DNA from: Tubulanus polymorphus
Lineage: Eukaryota > Animalia > Nemertea
Direction of reading: 5' to 3'
Assembly: GCF_964204645.1 (NCBI RefSeq)
Contig: NC_134026.1
Span: 6,223,950-6,287,949 of the forward strand
DNA: 64,000 nt
Shown here: positions 54,526 through 64,000 of the stretch, one piece after another
Numbering within the stretch: the stretch's first letter is position 1
How the letters are laid out: every line of letters begins with the position of its first letter
Translations under genes and position numbers: made by a program
Notes under the pieces: generated by a model
The model's database searches: none
The model's input: only the letters and a program-made list of their open reading frames with translations
What the model was told of the DNA's origin: nothing

Positions 54526-57407
54526 TGCTTTATTTCTAGTATATAATTGAAGTCTTCGTTTCTGTGAGATATTACAGAAGGTAGATTACTAGCGAGACGT
54601 GGCGTCATCGTCTCGAATAATTACCCGGCTATTACTCACAGTTTTACCGGTCTCGAGTACCGCGCGCTGTAGACGTCATTGAACATTGACTCGAATTCTG
54701 GTTATTCAAATTAATCGTTGTCGATTCAAGTATTATACAATAACATCCATTCGATCTATAAATCAATATTCAGTTCATTGGAAACCGGTGGATTAATACT
54801 TCAACCATTGTTTTGTATACATATTGGATTTCATATTTCATAAGTCGATTGTTCTCGGGCCTCGCTCCTCGAGAGAGATATTAAATATTAGCTAATCTCA
54901 TTGTATTGTTTGTGTTTAATTATGAAGTCGTCCACGTATTGTTACAGATCGGTAGAAGTCACTAGTGTTTGGAGTGTTGAATCCATACTCATATGCGACT
55001 ATGAGTAGTTTCTACTCTTTTTGAGAGCTCCAAGTAGAGCTCAAGTATTCCCAAAAATGGAGCCCAATGTTCATTTTCGATTAGACTGCTATTTTCTATG
55101 TCAAATTACTCATTCTGATGAGAACTATTGGAAGTAGAGATATCAGGCTATTTAGTCTGGTCTGCACACTGTAGCCGTGATCACACGGAAATGATTTGGC
55201 CCGCGAATCTGACTCTAGCCAAATTTGGCCCGGGCCAAGCAGGCTCAGGCCCATTTGGCACCCGTGTGAACAGTTGTTCCAAAAATGCTCATGTGATCGC
55301 GGCTCGTGTCTCAGTACGGACTACGTGCCATTTTCTAATGAAATTCAACTCAGCAAATCCTAAACCCCTCGTAATGCACCATGACTAAGATTATCCAAGG
55401 TAGAAGATGTTTTCTCCAAGGTACTCACCTTCTAGACACAAACAATATGAATGATAATATGATGCTTGTTTCGTCATCAATTAAATTCAGGTTACGAAAA
55501 ATGCATCGTAGATATCGGTCATATTGCCTCGTCCCTGTCACTGGGAGAAATACTGTCTCATAAACACCCCGGATCCAGCCCGGTTTGCCATCGATCTCCA
55601 CCAACTAAACAGGCCTCATTTGTCAATGGTAATTAAGCGGATTCGATTCGAGCAGTTGGCTCTTCTCGGAGCGATAATTAGACGAGATTTTGAAGCTGTT
55701 CAGATGTTATCACACCCGTTGTTCTCTTCGCAAACTGATAAAATGGCTATAAGGTGTTTACTGCAGTTGCGTCGATGAAACTATTCCATTCTTCAAACGA
55801 TCTCTTAGTTCTCTCGTAAAGACCGTCGTTCGGTGTTGTTTATGAATTCAGCCGGGATTCCGGAGACTGTTTTTCACCATCTGACAGTTGACATTATTCG
55901 CTATCCTCGAGAGGCAGATCAGTTACCTTTAGCTGGTCACGAATATCTCGTTATTTGCTCTGCTAGCGCTGCGATAAGCCGGGGGAATTCATACGCAGTA
56001 TCGTAATGTTCTGTACGTTCCTAACGAGGATGGAACTGTAAAATCATAGTGGTGGAAATTGATGTTTATTTATCATGTGGATCAGTTCCACAGGACCCAG
56101 TTCCACAGTTGTTGTAACGGTTTTTGGTATTAATGGCGTCAAAAATATATGAAATTCAACAGGATCCACGTCAGTTAAGATTTGACTTAGAGTTAACCAT
56201 GGGTTAACTCATCGAAAGTGTATCAATTTTAACTCAGAGTTAACTCTAACTCACGACATTGGAACTTGATCCAGTTCATTTGTGCGTTAGAGTTAACTCT
56301 GAGTCAGTAATTAGTTCATTTTTTTAATGAGTTAATCAAGAGTCAAATCTAAACCCATTACTGTGGAAATGGATCCTGAATGGCTGTCTCCATCCCTAAC
56401 TGAATCATCAACTCGTTTGCAGGGTAGACCTAAACCTATTAGGACTGCATCTAGGTCGAGCTCCCACCTCTGGAATAGATAATTACTATGGCGTTGGAAC
56501 CGCAACGACTGCAGTGGCAATAATTTTTACTGAACGATGTTTTTTCTTTCTATACAATGCTTTTGATAAATTGAAGTAAATTCGCGGCAGCAATGTTAGA
56601 ACTTGTCAAAAATCTGGATGTCTTCAACGTCCGCGTTTTGACTGATAATTTGGTATCGAGAAGATACGGAAGCTTTGATCCACAGTCAGCGAGTGCTAGA
56701 GGATAGAGCGATACTGATATAATTCTGTGATTGAACAGTTTATTGAGAATAGACGAATACAGATGTCAAATCGATACTATTCTACTCTGTATTACTACAA
56801 CTGCTCATCTCGCGAGACATGTAGACATTGTCCGGCTAGAATAAAGGTCTCATCGCGCCTATCATCGCATCTAACATAATAATCAATTCGTCGTGGACTT
56901 CTGTCGAAAATAATCCTGACGACAGAAGGTTCGTGCGTGTCTGTCTAATGAATGTAATATGGATTAGTGTCTGTCTGTCTCTCTGTCTCACGGTGACTCA
57001 ATCTCCCCTATCCCCTCCAGCTACAGATTCTTGAGCTACTGAAAAAACCTTTCATGTCGAGCGAGTAACAGGGAGTTCGAAAAGTGTTTCGTCCTTTTAA
57101 GTCGGGTTCATTAGCGATAACGAGTGGGTTGGATCTCAGGTGCTGATTGTAATGACTGATAGTTTTGAAGATGTGTTTCCGGACTGGGGACGTAGGAAAC
57201 TGGTGCCTTCGCTTGTTCAGACCCAGACTGGCTGAACCAGGCGTGGTTCATGCTCAGAATAATCATTGAATTACTCCAAGGTTCATGTCTGATAAAGATT
57301 CAAATCAGTTGTTCAAAAGTTCATCAAGTTATAGCTAACTGATAAAGTGACAATTAAAAACTTATGCTGTTGATCTTGAAATAGGGATTGTCCCTCATTC
57401 GTTTTTA

Positions 57408-57610
57408 TGGTTGATTTGATTTGGTGTCCGTTCCAAACGCACCACACCTGCCGGGAGCGAAACAGTGGGTTTTATTTTGAAATTGGAAATCAAAGTAATG
57501 TTGGTTGATCAGTTGAATTTACAGCATTTTTGTTTAAATTGAAATACGTAATTGGAATTTTATATTCCACTTCATATAAACAATCATCCATCCAGTCTGA
57601 ACAGGTTATT
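57408..57610 (+). repeat. Interspersed repeat family C; second copy ~62975-63170, interrupted copy ~58635-58920
   Basis: Shared ttgatttggtgt...cacctgccgggagcgaaa...ttttgaaat(t/c)ggaaatc(a/g)aagt...cagttgaatttacag blocks. Confidence 0.75.
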
Positions 57611-60600
57611 ACATCGTTTACATTTAGCGACTGATTTTTGCTTCAATGATATCGAATAAATCCGGATTTTGAGACGGAAAATGTGGCTTAATGTCGATCA
57701 CGCCTCATAATGAAAGCCTTATAGAACGCGAGTTCCATAAATATCAGTGTAATTAACATTTTTCTCAGTAATTAGATTATTATGCTACCTGATCCTTTAC
57801 GATACTAGGTCAGTACTGTATTGGCTCAGACATCATAGCTAAAAGAACTAAATTATCCCATTTCACTTAATAGCGTTTCGTATTTCACGCGCAGGAGTTT
57901 CCTATTCGTCGTAATTGCTCTCAAGTTTAAAAATATCCGATATAAATCTTTCAAATCTCGTTATAACTGAAATTCTAAACGGTGTCAACGAAACGCGATG
58001 CGACGTTCTCGCTTGCTCGCTCGAGTCGTCGTCGTCGGTACGCGCGTGCTGTATGAGACGTTTCCATAGAAACATGTGAGAAAAACGACTCCGCTAACTA
58101 GGACGTTACTGTCGTCGAAAATAGCCGTCAAACGTGTCACCTCTTCTTAAAGGTGCTCGTCATTCATAGACGCTGGAGATAAAAATACGTCTCTGATTTA
58201 TGTTGATGTCATTGGGTTTTGGCTGTTGTTCTGGATTCAGTTCAACAGTCATGGGTTAAAATCAGTTTATTCTCAATCAGTTAACTGTGTTAAATTCTAA
58301 CTCGCAACTGTGGGACTGACTCCTGGACCCAATTCCACAGTGCTGAGTTTAAACATTGGAATTGAAGAATTAGATCTTGTGGCCAGGGTCCAGTTCCACA
58401 ATGATTTGACTTGACTCACTTAACCCTTTGAAAATGAACTAACTTTTACCGGTAATTCAGAGTTAACTCTAACTCACAACTGTGGAACTGGGCCCAGGAA
58501 CCCAGTTACAAAGAACTCGGCTTAAGTTTGACTCACATAAAGATAAACCAGTTCATTTCTGATGTTTTTGATCTTAGAATAGAAATTAACCCCATCATTT
58601 ATTTGATTGCGTTTAGATTTTCGTGGATTGTTTCAATTTGGTGTCCCTTATAAACTCACCAGTAATACCTATCATACTGTTATGAAATGGGGTTTTTACC
58701 GTAGTTCAATATGTCAAAGTGTATATCTTATAATTATCTGTAAAATACTATATTCAAGTGATGTACATTTTGACTATTGAATTACAGTAAAAACCCCCAT
58801 TTCATAACAATACTACATATACCTTACAAACCAGTATCACCTGTCGAGAACGAAACACTTGAGTTTGATTTGGAAATCGGAAATCGAAGCACAGATATAC
58901 ATGTGGTGATCAGCTGTCTGATTTTGGATAGTTTTTTGTAAACTGCGTAGTGAAATCCTTATCAGAACTGGATCCAGGAGTCGGTACGAAATCTACCAAT
59001 TAAATAGATAGAAGGGTCAATCCCTTTTTTTTCAGATCAAAAACATTGAAAATGAACTAATTTTACTTCTATGGGGTCAAACTTCAGACCTCAACAGTTG
59101 GAACCGGGCTCTCTTCTGGTTGTTTCGAATGGCTAGATCTATGCGTTCGGTTTAATTGAAAATCTGAAATTCATGACCGCGCATTAATTCTATCTGCCCT
59201 GAATATGAACCTCTAGCTGTTTACAACTGTTGCATATGAGATTTATCATTAGTTTAAACGTAAAGATGCAGTTATGACTGCTCTGTGTCTGCACATTACC
59301 TCGTATAAACTGCCCGATCAAAAATTTATGATTTCTGATGTAGCGGATGCAGCTGGTAATTACCGCCAGTGTAGCTGCATCTGGTAATACTGCGCGGCTC
59401 GCTGATTGCCGCCAGTGTAAATATCTATGGGAATAAAAATCATAACAGACCTCGTCCTGAATTTCATAAATCGAGCTAATTCGATCTAGAGACTTGCAGA
59501 TGATTTCCATATGATCACTATCAGTATTAGCTAACATTCAGTTGTAATGATCGAGATAGTTTTTTGTGACGGCTGGTTACAGAGTTCCCCGCTGTTTCGA
59601 CACACCAGAAGCTGAAATCATTATATCATACGCTGCTTTATCCAAAATTTCATGTTGGTGTTCTTTGGGACTGAGATATCCAGGACCCAGTTCCACAGTT
59701 GTGAGTTAAGATATGACTCAGTTAACCCATTGAAAAATGGTTGACTAGTTGAAACTCAGAGTCTTAACCCAAATTGTGCAACTTGATCCAGGACGCTGTT
59801 CCCAGCTTCTGCGATTTAAGATTTTAATGGGAGTAATTCAATGAAAAATGAAATGATTTCAACTCAGAGTAAACTCTAATTCACAACTGTAGAATTGGAT
59901 CCTGATAATGTTAAGAAAAAGTGTTCTTTCAAACTTCTTTCAAAAAGGATTAATAAGGATTTTCTAAGTGGCAAACATATCTTTCCTTTCTGATTAGATA
60001 TTCCAGAAAAACCCCTTATTCACCTTGGATTGATATTCATTTGGCTTCAGTTTATCCCTGATGAATATTATACTCGGTACTTCAGATTTTCCAATTGAAA
60101 TTCTTCATTCCATCTTGTGTGATAGATATCGCAATGTTTGCAGGGTCCTGAAGCGTTTTTACTGTTTCATTACGTAGTCGTAGTCGTTTCTATCACCTAT
60201 CACTGATCTCTTAGTAAATTTCAATTTCAGATCTGATCTCTCCCTCTCTCCCTCTCTCCCTCTCTCTCCCGGGCTCACTCTCAGCTCTCTGAGATCTCAT
60301 TATTCATTTGCTGCAATGCTACGCTCAATTTTATCAACATTTACCGTTTGACATGAACTGATAAATCTCTCTTCTCTCTCCTCTCCTCTCTTCTCTCAGA
60401 CGTGTCTAATTTTTGTAATGCGATTCTTTTCAAATTTAGATTCCAATTTTCTTACTCTCGATTTTAAAACGCGTGTCTCTGATATTCAAAACGATCGCTA
60501 TTTGATGATATTTGAACGAGAATTTCCGAGAACGAACCAACAAAATATTGTCCCCGTGTCTTCGTTCAAGTTTCCTCGTCTTGCATATTCATAGTATAGA

Positions 60601-60995
60601 TATCGGTTATTGGTAGCTGTCACTTGCGTTACGCATTTTACCCTCTTGAAAATTTCTCGAGATTTTAAAATGTTATAACGCGCTTTCTTGGCAGTTTATC
60701 GACGGAATATTTATTGCAATCTCTTACAAGAGTTGAACTTGAGTTTGCGGTCGGTCGTATTCAGGACCCGGAGTCTAAACTCAGAACTGTGGAACTGGGT
60801 CCTGAGCTGTTTTTCCTGCTATTATACAGTCTGAGGTGTTGAGAACAAGTTGTTTGTACAGTGAAAATTTTTTTGATTATACAATGCATAGAGAACCTAC
60901 TCAATGCGCACTCCAAAACTATATGTAAATATAGTTTTATATCGTGTCTCTTGCATTAGCTGCTCCGTTCCCAAGGTTGGCAGTATTTTCTAGTT

Positions 60996-61246
60996 CTCCC
61001 TCTCCCTCTCCCTCTCTAACTCTCCCTCTCCCTCTCTAACTCTCTCCCTCTCCCCTTTCTCCCACTTTCCCCTTCTTTTCCTCTCTCCCTCTCTCCTTCT
61101 CTCTGTCTCTCCCTCTCTCCATCTCTCCCTCTCTAACTCTCTCCTCTCCCTCTCTGCCTCTCTCCCCTCTCCCCATCTCCCTCTTTCCCTCTCTCCCTCT
61201 CTGCGTCTTTCCCTCCGTTCCCTCTCTCCATCTCTCTTCTCTCTCT
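60996..61246. repeat. CT-rich low-complexity tract
   Basis: Near-pure polypyrimidine on the + strand. Smaller tracts at ~53853-53918, 60238-60270 and 60366-60398. Confidence 0.9.
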
Positions 61247-61779
61247 GACGTATGATGACAATAGAGCTGAGATGTCTCTGGATGTCCGTATCATTGTTAT
61301 CGCTGTGATATTACTCATCCTCGGTCTCCCCGCTCTAATCATTCGCAGCCTCCGGGCTGCGCTGCTATCTTCCTTATCGCCGGAAAAATACGAATCAACT
61401 CTTAAGATGCATTCACAAATTAATACGAACCGATCGCCCAGATTCCCTCGACGCATTATTTTAATCTGCAGAACTGAATTACTGTTTCAATTTTCTAACT
61501 CGATTACGTCAATGTTATTAGTTGATATTTACTAAGTCCGACGGACAGCAGCGTAAGTGATGACTAATTCAGGCTCCAGCCAGTCATGTCACATTCTTTT
61601 TTTAAAGAAAAAAGCTATGTAGAGTTCATATGAAGCATTATTGGTGAATAAAGCTCGTAATTATGATCGCTAAGTTATGCAATTGGCTTCAGCTGCTACT
61701 ATGGCAGTGTCCAGGTCTCTGAGGGTGTCTGTCCTAATGGAATAAACTTATGACTACTACTTATACAACCTAGTGGTTA

Positions 61780-62176
61780 GGGGCAGAAGAGAAGAGAGAA
61801 GGGAGGGTGGGTGAAGGGAGGTGAGAAGGCTAGAGGGCTGAGGAGATAAAGGGAGGGGAAGTATTAATGATAAACTGACGGAGAGGGGGTTAGAGGTAGA
61901 GATAGAGAAGGGAGGGAGGGAGGGAGGGAGGGAGGGAGGAAGATAGGGGGTGAGAGGAAGATGGAGAGGGGGAATGTGAGAGGGAGAGGGGGAGGGAGAG
62001 ATGAAAAGGTGAGAGGAAGATGGAGGGAGGGTAGGAGAAAGAGAGGAAGATGAAAGAAAAGGTAAGGAAAGTGAGAACAAGTGGGGAGAGAAGGAGAGCA
62101 AGAGAAAGTGGGGGAGAGATGAAGAGAGGCAGCAGGGTAGAGAGCAGGGAGAGCGAGAGAATGAGGGAGAGAGAAA
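61780..62176. repeat. GA-rich low-complexity tract including (GGGA)n
   Basis: Near-pure polypurine on the + strand, with a (GGGA)n run at ~61911-61938. Confidence 0.9.
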
Positions 62177-64000
62177 GTAGTGACAGTAAAAAAGCAAGTC
62201 TGACTCAGATAAAAACTGTCGGTGCTCAACGTTCTGGATAAACCACTCATCAATGATTTGATCCATGTTTAAACCATGCAATCATTCTTCACAGTCGTGT
62301 TCTATCAACTGAATGAACGTCTCGAAGGATCTCTTTCAAATCGACGAAGTCTTCGAAGTGAGCGAAGCTACCTTTGAAGACGAGAAGCGAATTTCGTGTC
62401 GAACTTTTTTCGTTCATTGACTTCCGATAATTTTCAGCAGCAGCAGCAGCAGCGACGACGTCGCACAAAATATCAAATATATCAGATAGCCTCGAGTGGT
62501 TTTTGAATAATTTACATGACTATCGATCAAAACTGGAAACCACTATCGGAATAATCGGTCAAATATAGTGAATGCAGTCTACAAACTTATAACAGATACT
62601 GTTTAGAGAATTAACGGTTTAAACTGTGATAAACTTAACAACTGTAAACTTGTTACATTGCTATAAACTTCTGTATCAAATTTCTGCCATGTTGATGCTC
62701 AGACTCGGCGTCAATACGAGTGCCATTCGTCAAGACCAGTTTCCTAAAATGTTGTATATCGATAGATTTATCAATATCCAGAATTCTTTACTTCAAGACA
62801 TTATTGTTTTTTACAATAATCATCCTCCCTGAGTGCACATCTTGGAGTATTGTTGTTGGTTCTTTGGGTGCATTTAAGATTTATTTGTGTATTTCTAGTT
62901 CTTTTTTTATCTTAAAATAGGGATAGGGATTGACCCGTTTTCCATTTGATTGGTAGAATTTGTTTGATTATTGTTTTGATTTGGTGTAGCTTACATACCC
63001 ACCACCACCTGCCGGGAGCGAAATAGGGGGTTTGATTTTGAAATCGGAAATCGAAGTACAGATACAGTTGTGCGATGGGCAGTTGAATTTACAGAATTTC
63101 TGTTTACATCGAAATACATAATTTGAAATTCAGTTCCGGTTCATTCAAACTATCTTCCGACCAGCCTGAACTGGCAAGTGACTAGTTCTTAACGTCTATG
63201 ACAATTCGTGTCTCATTTCTGAAGGTAGATGAGTTGAAACCTTTTCAGAACTGTAGATCTGGGTCCATGTAGACTTCTATATGACCTGGAACATTTCAAT
63301 TCTCGTCTAAGACGCTGCTACCTTTGTTAGAGAGCAGTTTTATTACAATATATTGAGATTAATTTGCACGCTTTCAGTTCATGCTCTAATCATAATCACG
63401 TATATAGAATATCTGTGTAATGAATATAGCAAATGTATCGAAATGTAAATATTTAGTCATATAATGCGAATGTTATGATGTGGGTTTTTCTTTCTGTTTA
63501 CTATTACGTATATACGGGGTACCTGTCAGAAATTCACTACGCGAGCGGGCGCATACCGAACGACGAGACTTCAAGTTACAGAATGAAGCACGCTTCAGAA
63601 TGAAATTTCAACGCTGTCGACTCATTTTCAATAGACTTGTAAGAAAAAGCTATTTCTTAGTTCAGGTGTATGAGTTTGTTTAGGTCTGCGGAACCCACTT
63701 CGCTTCGCGTGTTCGTTCTTTATTATTTAAAAGACTCTCCAGTCAAGCCTTTCGGGGTTCCCTGAAGGCTGCGCGCATTCAAAAGAAACATCTTTATGGA
63801 TAAAAAGAGAAGCTTATGGGTATTGTAGTCTGTTTTATTTCTCTCAAACCGGGGATAGATAGAGATAGCTGTCTGGGTCGAGCGAGGTTTATTCCCAGTT
63901 CGTTTAACATGTACATTATGAGGTAATCGCGTTTCGTTTTTGAAATAGTTTATATCTCGCAGACCAATCAGAAGCTTTTGATACTCCGTTAAAAACCTGT

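Noticed and set aside
61757-62281. Ser/Pro/Leu-rich and Arg/Glu-rich ORFs
   Set aside because: Artefacts of the GA/CT low-complexity tracts.

Overview
AT-rich, intron-rich genomic DNA from an invertebrate animal (species not determinable from the sequence alone). I rebuilt spliced gene models by hand from GT-AG sites and exon phases. In order: a six-finger C2H2 zinc-finger gene (-), ERGIC1 (+), SPEF1/CLAMP (-), mitochondrial HSP70 HSPA9 (-, 17 exons, hosting a SNORD56/U56-like C/D snoRNA), a DUSP1/4-type MAPK phosphatase (+), an intact 5.3 kb two-ORF non-LTR retrotransposon (probably RTE-X), ASPDH (-), CCDC65/DRC2 (+), and the signal-peptide first exon of an unidentified gene whose repeat-rich intron fills the last 15 kb. 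Two signals stand out. (1) SPEF1 has a cluster of three 112-nt, frame-incompatible versions of its CH-domain exon: one canonical, plus a 53%-identical paralog that has itself been exactly duplicated. A run of symmetric cassette exons follows. (2) The LINE has a perfect 101-bp target-site duplication, a (TATTCG)7 tail, a 3' GNRA stem-loop, and ORF1 and ORF2 in the same frame separated by one UAG, which suggests gag-pol-like readthrough. Gene names come from recognised motifs, not from database searches.
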